Notes: generated by a model not told the origin, from the letters alone. Positions 9,326 to 15,815 are shown, counted from the stretch's first letter. The stretch: 24,000 nucleotides of DNA from Acidimicrobiaceae bacterium (GCA_024641655.1 JAHECR010000030.1:1-24000); one strand, 5' to 3'. Numbers and translations: made by a program.

Positions 9326-9350
9326 CAAGTGCGGTTCCTCCCGCGGTGGA

Positions 9351-9388
9351 TTCAGCCCTTGTTCAGGTCGCTTCGCCCGACGTTCAGG
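9351..9388 (+). promoter_or_regulatory. Phased direct-repeat boxes TTCAGC-ccttg-TTCAGG ...(21 bp)... TTCAGG upstream of yggT
   Basis: Hexamers at 9351, 9362 and 9383 are spaced 11 and 21 bp apart (helical phasing). They lie 48-85 bp upstream of the yggT ATG (9436). The extended match GTTCAGGTCG is shared with the PepSY and GT4 sites. Confidence 0.5.
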
Positions 9389-9435
9389 CGGTCGGGCCGA
9401 TGGTCATCATGCCCCTGTCGTGAAAGGTACCCTCG

Positions 9436-9687
9436 ATGGCCACCGCCTTCTTGTTCGTCCTGCAGCTGGCTTCGGTGATTCTCATCGCCCGAGCCTTGCT
9501 GAGCTGGTTTCGTCCCCGTTCGGGATCCGCGCTCGATCAGGCGAAGCGCCGCATCACCTCGATCACCGATCCCGTGCTGGAGCCGGTGCGGCGGATCCTG
9601 CCCCGGCCCGCCGGCCTGGATCTGTCGATCGTGGCCGTGCTCCTCGGCATCAACCTGGTGCTCATGCCGGTGATCGCAACGCTGTAG
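9436..9687 (+). CDS. yggT: YggT (Ycf19) family small membrane protein
   Basis: 83 aa with two hydrophobic helices. It has the characteristic ILIARALLSWF...DPVLEPVRRILP...GLDLS pattern. GAAAGG lies 9 nt upstream of the ATG. Confidence 0.8.
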   Translation: MATAFLFVLQLASVILIARALLSWFRPRSGSALDQAKRRITSITDPVLEPVRRILPRPAGLDLSIVAVLLGINLVLMPVIATL

Positions 9688-9756
9688 TTGCGACCAAGGT
9701 GCCCCCGAGCGCCGGTTTCGACGCCGGCATTCGGGTGGCTGGGGGTTGCTGATGGC

Positions 9757-10254
9757 TCAGTCCTGGTGGTCCGCCTCGTCCTGGTGGCCCGCCTCGGGGT
9801 CGTCGGCACCGTCGTGTTCGTTCTGGTGGTCGATCCCGTCGGAGTCGTCGGTGCCCTCGTCGCCGGCTTCCTCGGGGTCGTCCGTTTCGTCTCCTCGGTC
9901 GATCGTGGCGACGCCGGACGTGGCGTCCACCTTGACCTCGACGGTCGCGCCGGTCGGATCGGTGACCGAGACTTCCCAGATCAGCGACCCGTTCTCGTCG
10001 CCGAGCTGGCTGTCGTTCAGGGTTCCACCGGGTGTGACGGTGAGAGCCGCCGCCTCCGCCTCGGGTTGCGTGACCGTTGCCGAAGCGGCTCTCGTGGTGT
10101 CCACCGGCTCGTCGGCGCCGTGCTCTTCGTGTTCGGCGGGAGGGTTCGTGCCGGTGTTCTGGGTCGCTGCAGCAATGCCGTAACCGCCGATCCCCACGCC
10201 GATCGCCGCAGCCGCGGTGATCGCTGCAGTGCGTACCTTGTTGCTTCCGTTCAT
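9757..10254 (-). CDS. PepSY-domain protein with N-terminal membrane anchor and acidic, His-rich C-terminal tail
   Basis: The N-terminal hydrophobic anchor is AAITAAAAIGVGIGGYGIAAA. The PepSY-like core is AALTVTPGGTLNDSQLGDENGSLIWEVSVTDPTGATVEVKVDATSGVATID. The tail is DETDDPEEAGDEGTDDSDGIDHQNEHDGADDPEAGHQDEADHQD. The family call rests on pattern recognition only. Confidence 0.65.
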   Translation of the reverse strand: MNGSNKVRTAAITAAAAIGVGIGGYGIAAATQNTGTNPPAEHEEHGADEPVDTTRAASATVTQPEAEAAALTVTPGGTLNDSQLGDENGSLIWEVSVTDPTGATVEVKVDATSGVATIDRGDETDDPEEAGDEGTDDSDGIDHQNEHDGADDPEAGHQDEADHQD

Positions 10255-10307
10255 GAGTTGCTTCCGTTCATGAGTTGCTTCCGTTCATGAGTTGCTTCCG
10301 TTCGTAG
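10240..10307. repeat. 17-bp tandem repeat (gttgcttccgttcatga x3 plus a degenerate 4th copy ending ...cgtag) spanning the PepSY start codon
   Basis: Perfect copies are at 10240-10256, 10257-10273 and 10274-10290. The fourth copy (10291-10307) differs in 3 of its last 4 bases. On the minus strand each unit reads TCATGAACGGAAGCAAC, so it duplicates an ATG plus the GGAAG upstream of the next ATG. Confidence 0.95.
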
Positions 10308-10344
10308 TCGGGACTGCTCTTGGCCCGCAGTCTCGGCGATCAGC

Positions 10345-10371
10345 CCTGAAGACGACCTGAACCGACCTGAA
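10345..10371 (-). promoter_or_regulatory. Three phased direct repeats GGTTCAGGTC-GGTTCAGGTC-GTCTTCAGGGC upstream of the PepSY gene
   Basis: The plus strand carries CCTGAA at 10345, 10356 and 10366 (spacing 11 and 10 bp). On the minus strand these TTCAGG hexamers lie 57-83 bp upstream of the first ATG of the repeat array (10288). Confidence 0.5.
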
Positions 10372-10426
10372 CCCTGCATCGGCGATGCCTCCGCCTTCAG
10401 GGGACCCCACCGACAGAAGACCCGAC

Positions 10427-11485
10427 CTACCGAAGACCGACAGCGGGAGGCTCGCCTGCGGCAGTCGCCGTGGCCGGGGCGAGCCAACGAGTGGCCAGGT
10501 ACGACACGGCCGAGAGCGGGATCGGGGCCCAGAAGTTGAAGAGCCGGTAGATCGCAACGCCGATCGCGGCCGGAGCTGCGTCGGCGCCCAACCCGACGAG
10601 CGTCGCCGTCATCGTGAGCTCGACGACGCCCAGCCCGCCGGGGGTGAGCGGGATCATCGCCGCGAGGTTCGCGAGAGCGAACGCAACCAGGACCGAGGCC
10701 GGTGAGAGGCGCAGGCCGACGGCGGCGAGGATCAACCAGAGCGCCGCGACATCGATGAGCCAATTGGTGGCAGCCCACAACGCGGCGCGGCGCAACATCC
10801 GCGGTTGTCGGCGCCACAACTGCAGGTGCTGGGCGCAGGCCTCGAGGCCGGAGACGACGTGGCCATGACCGCCTGGGACCCGCCGATCAACGAACCTGGC
10901 CACGGCCCACAACCGTTGGTTGCGGGCCGTCACGGCGTGCGCGGTCGCCGCGAGCATCGCGAGCAGGGCAGTGGCGGGGACTGCGGCGAGCGCTCCGCTG
11001 GCGAGCCCATAGGTCGGCAGCACGGTGAGCAACCCGACACCGAGCAGGATGTTGAGCACAAGAGCGGAGCCGATGCTGGTGAACGCCATCGCGGTGGCGG
11101 CGCGAGCGCGGCCGACGCCGGAGCGTTCGAGCATCTTGAACGTCACGATGCTGCCGGCCGCACTCCCGCCCGGGATCACGTTGCTCACGCCCAGCGACGT
11201 GGTGATGATCCCGAGGGTGTGCCACAGGCCTGGGCGCGGCCCCTCGTCGATGGCCGTTCGCATGAGCTGCGCGTAGGTCATCAGTGCGGCCACCGCGCAC
11301 AGCGCCGCGATGGCGATCAGAACCGGTTGCGCCGAACCAACGGCGCCGATCGCCGACCAGGCCAGGGGGAGCTGGGGCACCGCGAGGAACCAGATCGCGG
11401 TCGTGACGGCGGCGACCTTGGCCGCGAGCTTGAGAGCCGTCGACAGCCGGCGTTGCCGGGCGAGGGGGGCGACGAGGGCGGTCAC
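10427..11485 (-). CDS. Flippase-like polytopic membrane protein (UPF0104 / LPG-synthase-TM, MprF TM-domain-like), paralogue 2
   Basis: GTG at 11485 overlaps the upstream stop (GTGA). About 352 aa and highly hydrophobic, with ...NVIPGGSAAGSIVTFKML... and ...LANLAAMIPLTPGGLGVVELTMTATL.... A PGG(L/V)G(V)xE motif near the C-terminal helices is typical of this family. The 936-aa ORF in the track is an artefactual upstream extension. Confidence 0.7.
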   Translation of the reverse strand: MTALVAPLARQRRLSTALKLAAKVAAVTTAIWFLAVPQLPLAWSAIGAVGSAQPVLIAIAALCAVAALMTYAQLMRTAIDEGPRPGLWHTLGIITTSLGVSNVIPGGSAAGSIVTFKMLERSGVGRARAATAMAFTSIGSALVLNILLGVGLLTVLPTYGLASGALAAVPATALLAMLAATAHAVTARNQRLWAVARFVDRRVPGGHGHVVSGLEACAQHLQLWRRQPRMLRRAALWAATNWLIDVAALWLILAAVGLRLSPASVLVAFALANLAAMIPLTPGGLGVVELTMTATLVGLGADAAPAAIGVAIYRLFNFWAPIPLSAVSYLATRWLAPATATAAGEPPAVGLR

Positions 11486-12543
11486 GCGGGGACCATCTCC
11501 GTCGGTGCTGCGGGCAGCACCGCGGGGGCGGCGAGAAGGGAGCCAGGGTCGGGGCGGGTCTTCGAGCCGTGCGCCATCACCGCGCCGGTGGCAACAGGTA
11601 TCCAGAGGTCGAAGACCCGGAACAACGCGACGGCGAGCGCGGCGATGCCGAGGCTGGCACCGCTCGACACGAGCAGGGCCCCGGTTGAGGCTTCGACGAC
11701 GCCGACGCCGGCAGGCACGATCGACGCCATCGATGCGGTGAGTGCCGTCGCATAGATGATGATGGCGCCCCTGAGACCCAGTGGAGCCCCGACCGCAGCG
11801 GCAGCGCAGAGCAGCATCGCCGCGCCGAGCGCCTTCGAGCCGATGGCGTGGCCGAGCGCGCGGCGCGACCAGCGGCGGTTGGATCGAGCCGCGGCGAGCG
11901 CGTCGGCGAGGTCGTTCACTGCGGTGCCGGGTTCGAGGGGACGCTTCGTCAGGCGATTGGTCGCAGCTGTCAGCGACGCCCACAGACGTTCGGCGAGGTC
12001 CCGGCGCACGACCACCAGGGCAACCGCTGCGGTGATCACGAACGCGTAGGCGCCGAAGCCGGCAGCTCCTACGAGCCACCAGCCCGACAGCGAACCACTG
12101 AACGAGAGCAGGGCAATCGTGGTCGCGAGCAGCACACCCAGGGCCGCGAGTGAGGCGAGCGAGGCGAGCAGACAGGCGGCGATGACCGAACCCTTCGGGT
12201 AGGCCTTCGTGGCGCCGTGGCGGACGAACACTGCGGCGCCGGCGAGGCCACCGAATCGCACGATCTTGTTGGCGGCGAAGCCGATCGCCGACGGGCGGTT
12301 CATGGTGAGCGGTTCCGCAGGAAGCCCAGCGGCATTGTGGGCAGCGCGGTTGAGGCCCCCCCGGTTGACGATGGCGGCGAGGGAGATCGCCAGTCCGGCG
12401 CCGAGCGGCGCCGGCGAGATGTGGCTCATGCCTGCGAGCACGGTGCGGATCGTCACCGCGTTCGCGAACGCGAACGCCGTGGCGGCGCCGGCGATCGCAG
12501 TCACCGCGAAGCTGCGCATGAACGTCCGGGTTCGGGGAGTCAT
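11482..12543 (-). CDS. Flippase-like polytopic membrane protein (UPF0104 / LPG-synthase-TM, MprF TM-domain-like), paralogue 1
   Basis: ATG at 12543 overlaps the stop of the upstream fusion gene (ATGA). 353 aa and polytopic, with ...ALTASMASIVPAGVGVVEASTGALL... matching the same C-terminal motif as paralogue 2. Confidence 0.7.
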   Translation of the reverse strand: MTPRTRTFMRSFAVTAIAGAATAFAFANAVTIRTVLAGMSHISPAPLGAGLAISLAAIVNRGGLNRAAHNAAGLPAEPLTMNRPSAIGFAANKIVRFGGLAGAAVFVRHGATKAYPKGSVIAACLLASLASLAALGVLLATTIALLSFSGSLSGWWLVGAAGFGAYAFVITAAVALVVVRRDLAERLWASLTAATNRLTKRPLEPGTAVNDLADALAAARSNRRWSRRALGHAIGSKALGAAMLLCAAAAVGAPLGLRGAIIIYATALTASMASIVPAGVGVVEASTGALLVSSGASLGIAALAVALFRVFDLWIPVATGAVMAHGSKTRPDPGSLLAAPAVLPAAPTEMVPA

Positions 12544-14414
12544 CGTGGGGCCGTGCTCGTCGCACGGCTGGTGGGAGCAATCGTGGCGGGTGGTTCCAGC
12601 ACTGGTGGGCTCTCGGTGGGCTGCCTCGGCCGTGGCTGGCCGGTAGCGGGATGCTCCGAGCCTGACCGGCCACGGCTGAACCGCTGCTGAAGGCGGGTGG
12701 GACGCGGCTGCGGCGTGTCCGAACCGTTCGTGGGGTAATCCAAGATGTTGCGCCGGGTTCGGCCGTTGCCGCGATGTCCTCGGCTGGCCATTGCACCTGA
12801 TTGCGCGCCTGTGCTGTCGCGCAGCGTTGCGAGAGGATCACCGAGCATCGTTCCGGTGGGGGTTCGACCGGGTTCGATGAACCATTCGTGGCCGAAGGCG
12901 CGAACGAACAACGCTCGAGGCAGCCGGAGGTACAGCGACAGCGCTCGCGGCCCGGCGCCACCGGAGTGCTGCGAGGCATGGGCGCGCATGGCCGCGCGTT
13001 TGGCGTCGATATACCCGGTGACGTCGACGCGATGGGTGATCTCACCGGTGGGGGAGAACGCGGCCCGGAGGGACGCTGGACGGAACTCGCGCGGCAACTT
13101 CGGCACGAGACGGAGCACGCGTGCGGCGCGATGGAGAACGGCGCGGTCGGCCGTTGCTTCGAGCACGAGGGGCGTGGCTGCAAGCTGGGCGGCGCGGGCG
13201 CCCACGTCGTGCACCTTCCGGTGGTCGGGGTGTCCATACCCCCCGGCTCGGTCGTAGGTCGTGAGCACGCCTGCGTCCTCGTCGATCAGCAGCCGGGCCA
13301 GTCGTGTGGCCGCTTCGTCGGTGTCAGCCGACGCGAAGGCTTCGGGAGCAGACGCCAGGCCATCGCGACCCGAGTCGGCGTAGCCGAGCCATTCCACCCT
13401 TGCGCAACCGAGCGCGTGCGCAGCGTCGTGCAGCTCGCCCAGGCGCATGGTCGCGAGCTCCGCTGGGGGGTGGTCCGCGCCGGTGAGCCCCGCCTCGCCG
13501 AGCGTCGCGACCACCACGACCACCCGGTTCCCTTCGGCGGCAAGGCGCGCCAGGGTGCCACCGGTGAAGAGGCTCTCGTCGTCGGGGTGTGCATGGAACG
13601 ACACCACCGTGTGGCGCGGTCCGATCGACGACTCCGGCCGCGCCGGCCGCGACCCGACCGGCATGACCTGCAGTGCCGGCGTGACGCTCCGTCGGGCCCA
13701 GACGCCGGCCGCGCCAAAGCTCGCGGCCAGCCCCAGAGCGGTGCCGGCGGCGACGTCGGCGACGTAGTGGTTCCCCGTCGCGACCACCACCACCGCGGTC
13801 AAGCCCGGGTGCAGTGCGAACAGCGCTCGGGCCCACCACCGGCGGGTGCCGGCGATGCCTGCCGCTGCGACACACACCGCCCAGGCAAGGTGCAGTGAGG
13901 GCATCGCTGCGTATGCGTTCATCGGCAGCGGCCCGTGGGACGAGCCGAAACCGGCCCGAGCGACCAGGTCGGTGAACGCCGCGCCGGGCAACAGCCGCGG
14001 CGGTGCAACCGGATACAGCGCGAACGCGGCGAGGCCCACGACGTTCGTCGTGATCAGGGCGTTGCGTCCGAACCGGTAGGCGTCAGGGCGTCTGCGGTAA
14101 CACCAGGCGAGCACGGCGAACGCGACGCCGATGTGCGCAAGTTGGTAGTACCAGACCGAGAGCGTCGAGAGGGCACTGCTCTGGGCAGTCCAGGCGTTGA
14201 ACCGCGCCTCGAAGCCGAAGAGGCCCTCGGTGCCGAGCAGGTCCAGGCCGTGCTGCACGGCCTCGGTTCGGTGGAGCGGCGCGAGCGACCGTAGATGGTC
14301 GTAGAAGAACAGCAGGCAGACCGCGATCGCGAGCTCACCGGACAACGCGGGTCGCTGCACTCCGTCTTCCAAGCTGACTGCCCGCTCCCTGCGAAGCACT
14401 GCCGCTGGGATCAT
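12540..14414 (-). CDS. Fusion protein: N-terminal PAP2_3 (Aur1/IPC-synthase-like PAP2 membrane domain) + C-terminal PIG-L/LmbE-family de-N-acetylase + ~95-aa basic/Pro-rich tail
   Basis: The N-terminal ~250 aa are polytopic and carry PAP2-type motifs ...YPVAPPRLLP..., AAMPSLHLAWAV and GNHYVADVAAG. The PIG-L domain has VVSFHAHPDDESLFTGG (AHPDDE encoded at 13575-13592) and GGYGHPDHRKVH (HPDH at 13221-13232). Both ends overlap their neighbours by ATGA. Confidence 0.75.
   Translation of the reverse strand: MIPAAVLRRERAVSLEDGVQRPALSGELAIAVCLLFFYDHLRSLAPLHRTEAVQHGLDLLGTEGLFGFEARFNAWTAQSSALSTLSVWYYQLAHIGVAFAVLAWCYRRRPDAYRFGRNALITTNVVGLAAFALYPVAPPRLLPGAAFTDLVARAGFGSSHGPLPMNAYAAMPSLHLAWAVCVAAAGIAGTRRWWARALFALHPGLTAVVVVATGNHYVADVAAGTALGLAASFGAAGVWARRSVTPALQVMPVGSRPARPESSIGPRHTVVSFHAHPDDESLFTGGTLARLAAEGNRVVVVVATLGEAGLTGADHPPAELATMRLGELHDAAHALGCARVEWLGYADSGRDGLASAPEAFASADTDEAATRLARLLIDEDAGVLTTYDRAGGYGHPDHRKVHDVGARAAQLAATPLVLEATADRAVLHRAARVLRLVPKLPREFRPASLRAAFSPTGEITHRVDVTGYIDAKRAAMRAHASQHSGGAGPRALSLYLRLPRALFVRAFGHEWFIEPGRTPTGTMLGDPLATLRDSTGAQSGAMASRGHRGNGRTRRNILDYPTNGSDTPQPRPTRLQQRFSRGRSGSEHPATGQPRPRQPTESPPVLEPPATIAPTSRATSTAPR
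12675..12691 (-). promoter_or_regulatory. Phased direct-repeat box TTCAGC-agcgg-TTCAGC, about 130 bp upstream of the flippase-like pair and inside the 3' tail of the fusion ORF
   Basis: The plus strand has GCTGAA at 12675 and 12686 (11-bp spacing). The architecture and orientation relative to the downstream gene match the other five boxes. Confidence 0.4.
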
Positions 14415-15748
14415 GCCGACAACGCCTCAGGGCGGCCGCTCGGCGATGGGACAGCACGCAAAGACGACGAGCGGTCGACGTCGACCTCGTCGCCGAGTGT
14501 TGTTCCGAGTACCGTTGCAGCGCGCGAGTACAGGTCGTCGGTGCGTCGCAGCGCCTGGGCCCAGCCGAACGCGGGTGCGACCCGGCGATTGTGCGCGGCG
14601 ATGCGGTCACGGAGCTCGGCGTCGGTGACGAGCGACCGCAGGGCCTCGACCATCCCGGCGTCGCCGTCGACGAGCAGTCCCGACTGGCCGTGGTCGATGA
14701 ACTCGTTGATGCCGGATTTGGCCATGGCAACCACGGGGAGCCCTGCCGCACGCGCCTCCAGGGCAGCGAGACCGAAGGACTCCTTGACCGCCGGAGCGAC
14801 GAAGATGTCCGCGGCGCCGAACAGCTCACGGATCTCGTCGTGGGTGGCAACGCCGCGCAGGCTGACCCACCGGTCCATGTCGTGACGAGCAAGGTACCGG
14901 TTCATGGCCGACCGCTCTGGGCCTTCGCCGATGATCACGACCCGGATGGGAACCGCAGCCGGGGTGGTTTGTCGGAGCTTCCTCAGCAGACCGAGCAGCG
15001 GCATCGCCCGCTTTCGAGGTGCGAGGCGCATCACGGCAGCGATGACGATGCCCTCGTGGACTCGGGTGCTGCCCGCGTGCCACTTCTCCACGTCGATCGC
15101 GTTGGTGAGCACGTCGACGGTGGAGTCCTGCCCGAGGACGGTTTGGAGCTGGGCAGCGGCCACATGGCTGACCGAGGTCCACGCGACCGGCCACTCACGC
15201 CAACCCGTGAGGCGATCCAGCCCTCGGTACAGCATCCCGAAACCGCCGACCATCGAGTGCATGGTCACGACGGTTGGTATGCCGGCGCGGCTTGCGGTTG
15301 CGGCGACGGTGAACGACAGGGGCGTTGCCAGCCCTGCATGGATGTGCACGGCGTCGTAGCCGCCGCCGACGATCGCCTCGACCGCAGCGTCGATGGCGCG
15401 GGGCGAGTAGCTCTCGAAGGTGGAGCCCTTCCGGCTCGAGGCCCACGCGACGCGGCCATCGCCGTCTTCCACGACCCCGCCGGCGGACACGACATCCACC
15501 GCGTGGCCCGCCCTTCGCTGGGCCGCCGAGAGCGCAGCGATGTGCACCTCGATGCCGCCGAGTCTCGGGAAGTAATAGTCGCTCACGTGGGCGACCCGCA
15601 GACTCCGTCGCCCGGGCGATGTCGTGGTCCGATCAGCGAGGTCCGGGAACGCAACCTCGGGTCGGTGTCGTCGTGAGGGGAACAGCTCCGAGCTGAGGGG
15701 CCTGTGGTCGTGGGGCCAGGTCAGTGGGACGAGCTGGTTGGACTGCAT
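14411..15748 (-). CDS. GT4-family (GT-B) glycosyltransferase, PimA/MshA/PIG-A-like
   Basis: RVAHVSDYYFPRLGGIEVHI matches the N-terminal GT4 G-rich loop. The EX7E motif is KESFGLAALEARAAGLPVV. ATG at 15748 has AAGGA 9 nt upstream. The ORF could extend to ATG 15787, but that would place the TTCAG box only 12 bp from the start. Confidence 0.85.
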   Translation of the reverse strand: MQSNQLVPLTWPHDHRPLSSELFPSRRHRPEVAFPDLADRTTTSPGRRSLRVAHVSDYYFPRLGGIEVHIAALSAAQRRAGHAVDVVSAGGVVEDGDGRVAWASSRKGSTFESYSPRAIDAAVEAIVGGGYDAVHIHAGLATPLSFTVAATASRAGIPTVVTMHSMVGGFGMLYRGLDRLTGWREWPVAWTSVSHVAAAQLQTVLGQDSTVDVLTNAIDVEKWHAGSTRVHEGIVIAAVMRLAPRKRAMPLLGLLRKLRQTTPAAVPIRVVIIGEGPERSAMNRYLARHDMDRWVSLRGVATHDEIRELFGAADIFVAPAVKESFGLAALEARAAGLPVVAMAKSGINEFIDHGQSGLLVDGDAGMVEALRSLVTDAELRDRIAAHNRRVAPAFGWAQALRRTDDLYSRAATVLGTTLGDEVDVDRSSSLRAVPSPSGRPEALSA

Positions 15749-15798
15749 CGAGAGGTCCTTGGCGATTCGGAGGCGTGACCGGAGCATGCGTACGACGA

Positions 15799-15815
15799 CC
15801 TGAAGGTTGGCTGAA
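15799..15815 (-). promoter_or_regulatory. Phased direct-repeat box GTTCAGC-caacc-TTCAGGTCG upstream of the GT4 operon
   Basis: The plus strand has CCTGAA at 15799 and GCTGAA at 15810 (11-bp spacing). The box sits in the 41-80 bp gap between the lipoprotein stop (15829) and the GT4 start, 51 bp upstream of ATG 15748. Confidence 0.5.

Noticed and set aside
9688-9756. Terminator hairpin between convergent yggT and PepSY genes (GCCGG-tttcgacg-CCGGC)
   Set aside because: It has only a 5-bp stem and an 8-nt loop with no T-tract, which is too weak to call.
10375-10401. Palindrome GCATCG-g-CGATGC and an inverted TTCAGG copy (10396-10401) downstream of the flippase-like stop
   Set aside because: The 1-nt spacer excludes an RNA hairpin, and the isolated opposite-orientation hexamer has no phased partner. 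It may be incidental to the adjacent PepSY regulatory region.
11486-13237. Upstream 580+ codons of the 936-aa minus-strand ORF (10427..13237)
   Set aside because: The translation is Arg/Pro/Ala-rich low-complexity sequence, typical of an out-of-frame read of high-GC coding DNA. The region is fully explained by two better genes in other frames: flippase-like paralogue 1 and the PIG-L domain. Only the C-terminal 352 aa (from GTG 11485) look like a real membrane protein.
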